From the NCBI GenBank assembly GCA_963828165.1, contig CAWHDR010000001.1, positions 768,001 to 832,000 on the forward strand: DNA of 64,000 nucleotides. The letters run 5' to 3'. Shown here in pieces: positions 28,346-36,833 of the stretch; the first letter of the stretch is position 1; each line of letters begins with the position of its first letter. The notes under the pieces are model-generated. The model ran no database searches and was not told where the DNA came from. It worked only from the letters and a program-made list of their open reading frames with translations. This stretch comes from an uncultured Chloroflexia bacterium. Its GTDB lineage: Bacteria; Chloroflexota; Limnocylindria; Limnocylindrales; CSP1-4. A program made the translations under genes and the position numbers.

Positions 28346-29353
28346 TTAGCCGGGGCGTTCGATGACCGGCGTGACGAGCGTGCCGAGACGATCCACCTCG
28401 AGACTGACCTCGTCACCAGGCAGGAGATAGCGGCCCAGCGTGGCATCTCGCACCTCGAGCAGGCAGCCCGTGCCCACCGTCCCCGACCCGATCAGGTCGC
28501 CGGGTCGGAGCAGGGCGTCCGAGGACGCCCGGGCGGTGATGTCCGCCAGCCCGTGGACCGCGTCGGACCATCGACCGCGCGACGTCTCGACGCCGTTCAC
28601 GGACGCCGTCATCGCGAGGTCGAAGCCTCTGTCTGAGCGCGCGTCCTCGAGCTCGTCAGGCGTGACCAGCCACGGCCCGAACGAGCTCGCGAAGTCCTTG
28701 CCCTTGGCGGGCCCGAGCCGGACCGCCGTCTCGTCCCGCTGGAGGTCGCGCGCCGACCAGTCGTTGAAGATCGTATAGCCGCCGATCGCCTCCTCGGCAC
28801 GCTCGGGCGACAGGTCACGAGCGGGCGTGTCGATGAGCGCCGCGACCTCCAGCTCGTAGTCCAGCTCTTCGGATCCGCGCGGCGCCCACACGGGATCGCC
28901 CGGCCCGCGGATCTCGGACACGTTGGAGAAATAGAAGACGGCCAGGCGGTACCAGGCCTCGGGGACCTCGCCGCCGCGCCGTTCCCACATCGTGCGGACG
29001 TGGCCCTCGAAGCCATAGCCATCGCGGAGCGACGGCGGGGCCAGCAGTGCTGCCCCGAACACGAGGTCGGCGCCCTGCCCTACCGCTTCGTCGTCGTCGC
29101 CGCGGGGCTGGAACCCGTCAACGAGCTCGGTCAGCGCCGCGACGCGCAGCCCGCGCGCGAGGTGATCGTCGAGCGTCGTGACCGGCTGGCGGAACAGCGC
29201 CGCGTCGTGGGCGCGTGCCGGACGAGCGGCGACCAGCCGGCGACGGGCGAGCTCCAGGTCGAGCCAGCGGGTCGGGGGGTCGTCGAGGGCGGCCGCCAGC
29301 CGCCACGGCGCACCGGCCGGGGCGTTGCGCTCGCGAACGTGGGCCAAACGCAT
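28346..29353 (-). CDS. Fumarylacetoacetate hydrolase family protein
   Basis: LDYELE, NDWSARDLQ, GPAKGKDF and GSGT motifs; lies between hmgA and hppD. Confidence 0.88.
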   Translation of the reverse strand: MRLAHVRERNAPAGAPWRLAAALDDPPTRWLDLELARRRLVAARPARAHDAALFRQPVTTLDDHLARGLRVAALTELVDGFQPRGDDDEAVGQGADLVFGAALLAPPSLRDGYGFEGHVRTMWERRGGEVPEAWYRLAVFYFSNVSEIRGPGDPVWAPRGSEELDYELEVAALIDTPARDLSPERAEEAIGGYTIFNDWSARDLQRDETAVRLGPAKGKDFASSFGPWLVTPDELEDARSDRGFDLAMTASVNGVETSRGRWSDAVHGLADITARASSDALLRPGDLIGSGTVGTGCLLEVRDATLGRYLLPGDEVSLEVDRLGTLVTPVIERPG

Positions 29354-29369
29354 CGCTCGTGGCCTCGAC

Positions 29370-30146
29370 TCAGCTTCGCGTGAACGTGAGCGGAACCGCG
29401 CCGCCGAGGACGAGCCGCCCGGCTTCGTCCATCGACCAGGTCGCGATCCCGGCGAGGGCCGTCAGGTACTCGGCCTCGACGGCACTGGCCGGCGGCTCGC
29501 AGGCCATCTTCGTGGTAGCGAGCGGCCCGAGAGCCAGGGCATCGCCGGTCGACGTGTACGAGGCGGTGAACGTGTTGCACCCCGCAGATCCCGATACGGT
29601 CCCGTCTACCCCGAACTCGAGGGTCGGAACGGGGTGTGCGAGATCCGCGGTGCCACCCAGATCGGCGAGGCTCCATGACGTCCCGGCGAGGTTCGTGATC
29701 GGCTCGGCCGGCGGGTCGCCCGGAGGCCCCTCGGCGACGCCGGGCGCGGCAACGATCTCCGCCGCCCCACCGATGACCAGATTCCCATCGTCCCCCTGCC
29801 GCCAGGTTGCCGCGCCCTGCAGGCCCGACAGGAATGCCGCCTCCTGCTGTCCGCGCAGGCCCTCGCAGCCCATGAGCGTCGATGACACCTGGCCGAAGGC
29901 GATCCGGTCGCCGTCCGTCCGGAAGCCGCCGGTGTACTGGTTGCAGCCGCCGCTCCCGCTGACCGTGCCGCCAGCGTCGAAGGTCATGGTCGGGCGCGCA
30001 TCGGGCGCCGTGGGCTGCCCGGCGATCGAGAGGACGGTCCAGGACGTGTTGCCGAGGCCGCCGTTGGCCGTGTCGTCGCCACGCGGCGCGCAGGCAAGGA
30101 GGATCACGGCGAGGGTCGTCAGTGCGAGCAGCTTGGTGGTTGGCAT
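29370..30146 (-). CDS. Lipoprotein with two META/HslJ domains
   Basis: Lipobox LLAC; two SG.(G/A)GCN...T.M(G/A)C repeats; AGGAG RBS. Confidence 0.85.
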   Translation of the reverse strand: MPTTKLLALTTLAVILLACAPRGDDTANGGLGNTSWTVLSIAGQPTAPDARPTMTFDAGGTVSGSGGCNQYTGGFRTDGDRIAFGQVSSTLMGCEGLRGQQEAAFLSGLQGAATWRQGDDGNLVIGGAAEIVAAPGVAEGPPGDPPAEPITNLAGTSWSLADLGGTADLAHPVPTLEFGVDGTVSGSAGCNTFTASYTSTGDALALGPLATTKMACEPPASAVEAEYLTALAGIATWSMDEAGRLVLGGAVPLTFTRS

Positions 30147-30241
30147 GCGAGCTCCTGGCCTGACGGGCTGAGTCCGGACTCCGCGAGACGCGACGGTCAC
30201 CGCAAGACGGGGCTTCCCGGTGCCGTGGTTCCCGGGGCCGT

Positions 30242-30736
30242 TCAGAAGGGCTTGAACATCATCAGCCAGATCAGGACAAGCAGCCCGACGACCCCGACGA
30301 GCGCGATCACATCCGGCCGGCGCGAGTCGACGATGGCGGCCAGCTGATCGGCCGATACCGCGACGGGATCCGGGGCGTCCTTCGGTGTCTGCGGCGCGCG
30401 GATCCCCACGGCTTCACGGACGCGGCGGTAATAGGTCGTCGCAAGCGCGTACATCAGGACGGCGACCGTGACGAGCACCGCGATCGAAGCCCAGATCCAA
30501 CCTCGCGCGAAATGGCCACCGATGATCCCCGCCGCGATCCCGGCGATCAGCAGCGTCAGCAATGCCGCGTAGACAAGGCCAAGGCTGCGAGCGGACATCT
30601 CCAGCAGCACCCTGACCCGGGCCACGTCAGGTTCGTGGCGGATCTGATCCGACGCCCACATCGACGCCCCATGACCCATCACGAACAGGAACGCCGCCGC
30701 GACGTGGACGAAGACGATCCACGGATACCAGTCCAT
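30242..30736 (-). CDS. DUF2269-like 4-TM membrane protein
   Basis: FVHV near the N-terminus, C-terminal LMMFKPF, GGAGG RBS. Confidence 0.75.
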   Translation of the reverse strand: MDWYPWIVFVHVAAAFLFVMGHGASMWASDQIRHEPDVARVRVLLEMSARSLGLVYAALLTLLIAGIAAGIIGGHFARGWIWASIAVLVTVAVLMYALATTYYRRVREAVGIRAPQTPKDAPDPVAVSADQLAAIVDSRRPDVIALVGVVGLLVLIWLMMFKPF

Positions 30737-30849
30737 CAGGTACCTCCTCTCCCTCCGGGCATCGCGCATGACACGCGACGACCTACCCCGTCGTCAGGAA
30801 CGATAGCGGCGCGGGTGGCCCGAAGAGCGACCATGCCGGCAGCCAAGGG

Positions 30850-32019
30850 TCAGAGGTTGCCGCGCTTCTCCTGCTCGCGTTCGATCGCCTCGAACAGCGC
30901 CTTGAAATTGCCCACACCGAAGCCGCGCGAGCCGTGGCGTTCGATGATCTCGAAGAAGAACGTCGGGCGGTCCTGGACCGGCCTCGTGAAGATCTGGAGG
31001 AGGTAGCCCTCTTCGTCGCGGTCGGCCTCGATCCCGAGCTCCTCGAGCGTGTCGATCGGCACGCCGACATCGCCGACGCGATCCGCCAGCGTCGCGTAGT
31101 ACTCGTGCGGTAGCCCCAGGAACTCGACCCCGTTCTCGCGCAGCCGCCGGACCGTCCCCACGATGTCCTCGGTCCGCAGCGCGATGTGCTGGCAGCCGGG
31201 CGATCGGTACCAGTCGAGGTATTCCTGGATCTGGCTCTTCTTCTTGCCCGACGCGGGCTCGTTGATGGGGAACTTGATGCGGCCGTTGCCGTTGGTCATC
31301 ACCTTGGACATGAGCGCGCTGTAATCGGTGTGGATGACCTTGTCGTCGTAGTGGATCAATTGGGCGAAGCCCAGCACGTCCCGGTAGTAGTCGACGAACG
31401 TGTCCATCTCGCCCAGGGCGACGTTGCCGACGCAGTGATCGACCTCGAGCAGGCTGAGCCCGCCCGCCGCGCGCGCGGGTTTCGCGACCTTCCGGTATCC
31501 GGGGGCGAAGCTGCCGTGATAGTCACGCCGGTCCACGAAGGAGTGGAGCGTTTCGCCATACGTCCGGATGGACGCGCGGCGGAGGATCCCGTCCTCCCCA
31601 CCGTCGATCTCGGTCGGCTTCATGGCGGACGTGGCGCCACGGGTCGTGGTCTCGCGCCACGCCGAATCGACGTCCGCGACGGCGAACGCGATGTCGTGGA
31701 CCCCGTCGCCGTGCTCGCGGACATGCTCGGCGATCTCGCCGTCCGGGGTCAGGGGTGCGGTGAACACGAAGCGGATCCCGTTCTGGACCATGACGTAGCT
31801 CGCCCGGTCGCGCACCTTCGTCTCGAGGCCGCTGAACGCGACGGGCGTGAAGCCCCACAACGCCCGGTAGTAGGCCGCCGCCTGGCGGGCGTTCCCGACC
31901 CAGAATTCCACGTGATCGATGCCGTCGATCGGCAGGAAATCGGCGGCCTTGGCATACGCATCGGCATCCACGCGGGCGCCCGCCTGGTTGGCGGCCCCAC
32001 GGCGCAGCGTCTCGGTCAT
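30850..32019 (-). CDS. hppD: 4-hydroxyphenylpyruvate dioxygenase
   Basis: HGDGV.DIAF, DHCVGN, PINEP, SQIQEY, QHIAL and EIIER...GFG.GNFKALF motifs. Confidence 0.95.
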   Translation of the reverse strand: MTETLRRGAANQAGARVDADAYAKAADFLPIDGIDHVEFWVGNARQAAAYYRALWGFTPVAFSGLETKVRDRASYVMVQNGIRFVFTAPLTPDGEIAEHVREHGDGVHDIAFAVADVDSAWRETTTRGATSAMKPTEIDGGEDGILRRASIRTYGETLHSFVDRRDYHGSFAPGYRKVAKPARAAGGLSLLEVDHCVGNVALGEMDTFVDYYRDVLGFAQLIHYDDKVIHTDYSALMSKVMTNGNGRIKFPINEPASGKKKSQIQEYLDWYRSPGCQHIALRTEDIVGTVRRLRENGVEFLGLPHEYYATLADRVGDVGVPIDTLEELGIEADRDEEGYLLQIFTRPVQDRPTFFFEIIERHGSRGFGVGNFKALFEAIEREQEKRGNL

Positions 32020-32133
32020 GTCATGTCTCCGCTGCAGGCGGTTCCGGCCCGGGGCCGCGCGTCCGACGACGGCGGCCAGCCCGGGCATTGATCAGTGGCG
32101 TCATCGTACGCCCCGCGTGCGACACTGGCGACC

Positions 32134-32646
32134 ATGACGACACCCGATCTCCCCTCCGACCTGGATCGACTCGCCGAGGTGCGCGCCGCGTACGCGGGCC
32201 TGGCTTCCCGTGTCACTGCCGGTGAGCCGTGGCCGCTGGCCGAGCACTTCGGTACGGAACCCGAGGCGTCGTGGGGCCCGCGCGAGGTCCTTGCCCATGT
32301 GGCCGAGATGCTTCCCTTCTGGCTCGGCGAGCTGGAGCGGGTCGTCGATGGCGAAGGTGGGGCGCCGGTCCCGTTCGGTCGGATCGCAGACGACGCCTCG
32401 CGGATCGGGTTGATCGCGCGCGACCGATCGCTGCCGCTGCGGGTTCTCTTCGCGCAAATCGATGCTGGCCTGGGTGGGTGGATCGAACGATTGCCGACCC
32501 TCACCGAGACGGAGGCCGGCAGGATCGGCCAGCACCCGCGCCTGGGCGAGATGCCCGTCGGGGCCATCGCGGAGCGCTTCGTCATCGGGCACGGCGAGGA
32601 GCATGTCGTCCAGCTGGAGGGCATCCTGGCGGCGGTCGGCCGCTAG
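32134..32646 (+). CDS. DinB superfamily protein
   Basis: W.PREVLAHVAE and C-terminal H.EEH..Q metal-ligand pattern. Confidence 0.75.
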   Translation: MTTPDLPSDLDRLAEVRAAYAGLASRVTAGEPWPLAEHFGTEPEASWGPREVLAHVAEMLPFWLGELERVVDGEGGAPVPFGRIADDASRIGLIARDRSLPLRVLFAQIDAGLGGWIERLPTLTETEAGRIGQHPRLGEMPVGAIAERFVIGHGEEHVVQLEGILAAVGR

Positions 32647-32658
32647 CCCGACCCGCCC

Positions 32659-33192
32659 GTGTTCATCCTGTACGCCATCCCGATCGGGATCATCGCGGGC
32701 TACGTGCTCGGGGGCCGTCTGGATGGACTCGCCGGGATCCCGTTCCGATGGGGCTGGCTCGCGCTCGCCGGCCTGCTCGTCCAGGTGCTGCTCTTCGCCG
32801 AGCCGGTGGCCGCGACGATCGGCGCGGCCGGGACGCCGATCTACCTGGGCTCGACCGCGGCCGTCCTTGTCGCGGTCCTGCGAAACCTCGGCATCCCTGG
32901 CATCCCGCTCGTCGCCCTCGGCGCGGCCAGCAATCTCCTGGCCATCCTCGTCAACGGCGGGGTGATGCCGGCCTCGCCCGAGGCGGTGGCCGCGCTCGAG
33001 CCCGAAGCCGCCGGATTCTCCAACAGCGCGGTCATGTCCGACCCGGTCCTGCGGCCGTTGACGGACATCTTCACGCTGCCGCCGTGGGTCCCCTTCGCGA
33101 ACGTCTTCAGCGTCGGTGACGTGCTCATCGGACTCGGCGTGGTGACGGTCATCGGCCTGGGAATGCGCCAAAGGGCTACCCAAACCGGCTAG
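32659..33192 (+). CDS. DUF5317-like membrane protein
   Basis: GGRL..L, N...I.VNGGVMP, L..LTDIF and VFSVGDV signature. Confidence 0.8.
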   Translation: MFILYAIPIGIIAGYVLGGRLDGLAGIPFRWGWLALAGLLVQVLLFAEPVAATIGAAGTPIYLGSTAAVLVAVLRNLGIPGIPLVALGAASNLLAILVNGGVMPASPEAVAALEPEAAGFSNSAVMSDPVLRPLTDIFTLPPWVPFANVFSVGDVLIGLGVVTVIGLGMRQRATQTG

Positions 33193-33298
33193 TCGTACCA
33201 GTACCGATGGCCTATGGCCGATCGATCCGGTCGGCCGTAGGTTTCTGGTACGGGGGCACGCAGAGCGCACTCCCAAGTGAGCCCAGAGGGACGCACCC

Positions 33299-33400
33299 AT
33301 GAACACATTCAAGAATCAGACCTTCCGGATCGTCATGTTCCTGTCCGTTCTGGCCAGCTCGAGCCTCGTGCTCATGGCCGGCCGACGCTGGGGACCCTGA
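33299..33400 (+). CDS. 33-aa hydrophobic peptide MNTFKNQTFRIVMFLSVLASSSLVLMAGRRWGP (not in the ORF track)
   Basis: AGAGGGA RBS, ATG at 33299, TGA at 33398-33400, GC3-biased codons, downstream hairpin. Confidence 0.7.
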   Translation: MNTFKNQTFRIVMFLSVLASSSLVLMAGRRWGP

Positions 33401-33418
33401 CACCCGATCGCATACCAA

Positions 33419-33438
33419 GGACCCGCTGGGGCGGGTCC
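33419..33438 (+). terminator. Hairpin after the 33-aa peptide gene
   Basis: GGACCCGC-TGGG-GCGGGTCC; weak U tail. Confidence 0.5.
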
Positions 33439-33542
33439 CGCCAGCCTCTTGAGCGGTCGTCTGCCCAGACGGCCGCTCTTCGATTCCCCGGGCATGCGAC
33501 GACGCGGCACCGCAGCCGGGCGAAGCGACTAGATTCCCCGCG

Positions 33543-34064
33543 ATGCCATCGCTTCCGGAGATCGGCTCCAGTCTCCCCGAGGTGGTCCTGCGGACCGCCA
33601 TCGTCTACCTCTTCGTCGTGGTGGCCCTGCGCCTGTCGGGCAAGCGCGAGGTGGGCCAGATGTCCGTCCTCGAGCTCGTGGTCATCCTCGTCATCAGCGA
33701 TGCGGTCCAGAACTCGATGGTCGGCGAGAACACGACGCTGTGGGGCGGCCTCGTCGCGGTCGTCACGCTGCTCGCCATTGACTTCGCCCTCAAGGCGGTC
33801 GCCAAGCGGTCCAAGACCGTCAGCCGGGCCATCGAGGGCGAGCCGCGCCTGCTCGTCCGTGACGGGCGACTGCTGGCCCAGGCGATCAAGGAGGAGGGCC
33901 TCGAGACCGAGGAGGTTCGCGCAGCGATCCGATCGCACGGCCTCGTCGGCCCTGAGGATGTCCGGCTGGCCGTGCTCGAGACCGACGGCTCGATCAGCGT
34001 CATCCCGCGAGACGACGCGGGCCCCGGATCGAACCGACCGCCGAGCGACGAACGCACGACCTGA
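33543..34064 (+). CDS. DUF421/YetF family membrane protein
   Basis: RLSGKREVGQMS, EGEP..LV.DG and AVLETDGSISV motifs. Confidence 0.88.
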   Translation: MPSLPEIGSSLPEVVLRTAIVYLFVVVALRLSGKREVGQMSVLELVVILVISDAVQNSMVGENTTLWGGLVAVVTLLAIDFALKAVAKRSKTVSRAIEGEPRLLVRDGRLLAQAIKEEGLETEEVRAAIRSHGLVGPEDVRLAVLETDGSISVIPRDDAGPGSNRPPSDERTT

Positions 34065-34483
34065 TGCGGGCGGTCGCCACAGCGATCCTGGTGCTGACGC
34101 TCGCCACGCTCGCCGTCGGCGGCTGCAGCCCGCGTCCAACGCGGACCGTGACCATCGGGGGCGAGCCGTGGACCGTCTACCGGGGCGGTGGCGACGGCAT
34201 GCGCGGCTTGCCGGGTTTCGGCGATGTCGACGGGATGCTGTTCGATCCGGAGCAGGACGTCAGCCTCGGCGGGGCGGCCTTCACGATGGAGGGCGTGCCT
34301 TATGCCATCGACATCGCGTGGTTCGACGCGTCGGGTGCCCTGGTGAGCCTCGCCGCGATGGCACCCTGCGAGGCGGCGCCGTGCCCGCTGTACCGGGCCG
34401 AGGGTCCATATCGGTGGGCGATCGAGGCACCGCCCGGGGCGTTCGCCGACCTGGGACCGGACGACCGGCTCGTCGTGGACTAG
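34064..34483 (+). CDS. DUF192 family lipoprotein
   Basis: Lipobox VGGC; GMLF...F.M....IDI.W; PC...PCP.Y; AIE. Confidence 0.75.
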   Translation: MRAVATAILVLTLATLAVGGCSPRPTRTVTIGGEPWTVYRGGGDGMRGLPGFGDVDGMLFDPEQDVSLGGAAFTMEGVPYAIDIAWFDASGALVSLAAMAPCEAAPCPLYRAEGPYRWAIEAPPGAFADLGPDDRLVVD

Positions 34484-34839
34484 GACGCCTCGATGGTCCA
34501 GGTACCGCCGCGGCAGACCAGGTACAGCTCGTCGATCTCGGCGCCCTGCTGATCGTGTGCGACCAGCCGGCCCGTGCGGCAGAGCCCGTCGCGTCCGGCG
34601 AAGATCTCGTCGATGACGATCTGCTTGCCGGGCGCGAGCTCCGTGAGCGGCTCCGAGCCGCCGTCGGGGCTCTCGTAGTGGATGCGCACGGTGACGTCCA
34701 TGCCGTTGTCGACCGTGATGCCGTTGGCGGGATCACCGGTCGGAACGGGGTCCGCGCCCCGGCAAGCCTGGCCGCCGAAGGCCAGCAGCACCGCGAGCAA
34801 CGCGATCGCCAGGCCGTGCGACCCTCGGCTCGCCCTCAT
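34480..34839 (-). CDS. Hypothetical exported or lipoprotein
   Basis: MRASRGSHGLAIALLAVLLAFGGQAC signal/lipobox; 4-bp overlap with the S9 peptidase stop. Confidence 0.6.
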   Translation of the reverse strand: MRASRGSHGLAIALLAVLLAFGGQACRGADPVPTGDPANGITVDNGMDVTVRIHYESPDGGSEPLTELAPGKQIVIDEIFAGRDGLCRTGRLVAHDQQGAEIDELYLVCRGGTWTIEAS

Positions 34840-36833
34840 TTCGTGTCGTCGGCCTCGGTCGGCGGCTCCTCGAGGACATGCGTCTTCAGGAACCGGAGGA
34901 TCCGTTCGAAGGCGTCGCGGCGGTTCTCGCGGCGCTCCCAGCCGTGGCCCTCGTCGTCGTACCAGTGGACCTCGTGGGTCTTGCCCTCGATCTCGAGCGC
35001 CTCGACCATCCGCTCGGTCATCAGGGGCACGACGCGCTTGTCCTTGCGCCCGTGCAGGAGGAGCAGCGGAGCCTCGATCCGCTCGGCTCGATAGACCGGG
35101 GAGCCGCGCCGGAAGAGCTCGGTCAGTGCCGGGTCGTCGGGCGTGCCCATCATCTTGAGGAGGTCCAGGCGCCCCGGTCGGTCGCCGTGACGGAAGCTCT
35201 CCGCGATCTCGGAATCGCCGTAGAGGTCGATGCCGGCCGCGAACATCGCGGGCTCCTCCACGAGCGCGCACAGGACCATGTAGCCGCCATACGACCCGCC
35301 GAAGATCGCGAGTCGCCCGTCGGACCAGGGCTGGTCCGCTGCCCAGCGACCGGCGTCGATGAGGTCGTGCACGTCGGCGTGGCCCCACTCGCCGTGGTTG
35401 GCCTGCCGGAACGCGCGCCCGTAGCCCGTCGACCCGCGGAAGTCGACGTCCAGGAACGCGAAGCCCTCGCGCGCCAGCAGCAGCTTGAACGGCTGGAAGC
35501 TGCGATAGGCCTGCCAGGTCGGTCCGCCGTGCGGGTAGATGACCGTCGGGACCTGCTTGCCGCCGCGCTTCCCGGTCGCGCCGCTCGGCCGCCACAGGGT
35601 GCCCTCGATGCGCAGGCCGTCGCGGGCCTTGATGGCGATCCGCTCGCCGGCGGGCACACGACCCGCGGTCAGGCTGGACGCGAGGACCGCCGGCCTCGAA
35701 TCGGTGACCTGGCGCGGACGTGCTCCGTCGGGTGCCACGCCCGGGACCGGCAGCAGCCACAGGTCCTGGGGCCGGGTCTCGCTCTCGCCGATCGCCGCGA
35801 CCCACGCGCCGTCGGGCAGCCAGCCGATGGCCCGCCACACACCGTCCCACGGCGAGATCCGCTCGGCCTTCGTGGCCGCCGCGACGGTACGCGGGGTCTT
35901 GGGCGGCCGTCCGCGGCCACGTTTGGGCTGGGCCGTCTCGCCCAGGCCGCGCACGATCAGGTCGATCAAGCCGTCGTGGACCTCGATGTGGACGACGCGG
36001 CTGCCGTCCGGCGAGGGAAGCGGAACGTACCCGTAGCCGCCCGATGGCTCGCCGTGCTCGCGCTCTCCGTCGGTGAGGATGATGCGGTCACGGCCATCCG
36101 GGGAACGGCGCACGACCTGGAACCACCCGTCGGCGTCCGACACGTAGACCAGCGCCCCGTCGGGCAGCCACCCCGCGCCGGTGTCGTGGCTGCGCTCGCC
36201 CGCCACGACCTCGCTCTTGCCGGTCGCGATGTCCACGATCGAGATCTGCGAGGTGGTCAGGTCCTCAGGCGATTGTTGGGCCATGACCGCCATCCGGCCC
36301 CCGTCCGGGGACCATGCCATCCGTTCTACATCGAGGCCGCTGGGCGTGAGCGCCACCGCCTTCGGCGGGCGCGGATCCCGCTGCGGGCGACCGCGACGAG
36401 GGACCGGGGCATCGATCAGCCAGACCTGCGACCAGCCGCGTCGGCGCGAAATGAAGGTGATGCGCCGCCCATCCGGCGACCACTGCGGGTCACGACCGCC
36501 GCCGGGCCTGGGGACCACCTTCGTGAACCGGGACCCATCCGCCTCGACGATCCAGATCTCCTCGTCCCGGACGAACGCGAGGCGCCGGCCGTCGGGCGAC
36601 CACTGCGGTTCACCGATCGCCTTCTCTGAGGCGGTGATCTGGGTGGCCGGCGCCCCGGTCCCGCGCAGCGAGAGCGTGAACAGCTGGCGAGCACCGGCGA
36701 CCTCGGACGTATAGGCGACCATGCGCTCCCGTGGGCTGATTCGGAATTCCCGCGGCGATTCGACGGCGACGATGCCCTCGATCGTGAGGCCGGCGGCGCC
36801 GGTGGCCGCTCCCGGACTACGGTCGGTCGGCAT
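34836..36833 (-). CDS. S9 family (acylaminoacyl/dipeptidyl) peptidase with PD40 beta-propeller
   Basis: WSPDG repeats, HGGP, RGSTGYG, GGSYGG, HG.KD..V and EGHG motifs. Confidence 0.92.
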   Translation of the reverse strand: MPTDRSPGAATGAAGLTIEGIVAVESPREFRISPRERMVAYTSEVAGARQLFTLSLRGTGAPATQITASEKAIGEPQWSPDGRRLAFVRDEEIWIVEADGSRFTKVVPRPGGGRDPQWSPDGRRITFISRRRGWSQVWLIDAPVPRRGRPQRDPRPPKAVALTPSGLDVERMAWSPDGGRMAVMAQQSPEDLTTSQISIVDIATGKSEVVAGERSHDTGAGWLPDGALVYVSDADGWFQVVRRSPDGRDRIILTDGEREHGEPSGGYGYVPLPSPDGSRVVHIEVHDGLIDLIVRGLGETAQPKRGRGRPPKTPRTVAAATKAERISPWDGVWRAIGWLPDGAWVAAIGESETRPQDLWLLPVPGVAPDGARPRQVTDSRPAVLASSLTAGRVPAGERIAIKARDGLRIEGTLWRPSGATGKRGGKQVPTVIYPHGGPTWQAYRSFQPFKLLLAREGFAFLDVDFRGSTGYGRAFRQANHGEWGHADVHDLIDAGRWAADQPWSDGRLAIFGGSYGGYMVLCALVEEPAMFAAGIDLYGDSEIAESFRHGDRPGRLDLLKMMGTPDDPALTELFRRGSPVYRAERIEAPLLLLHGRKDKRVVPLMTERMVEALEIEGKTHEVHWYDDEGHGWERRENRRDAFERILRFLKTHVLEEPPTEADDTK

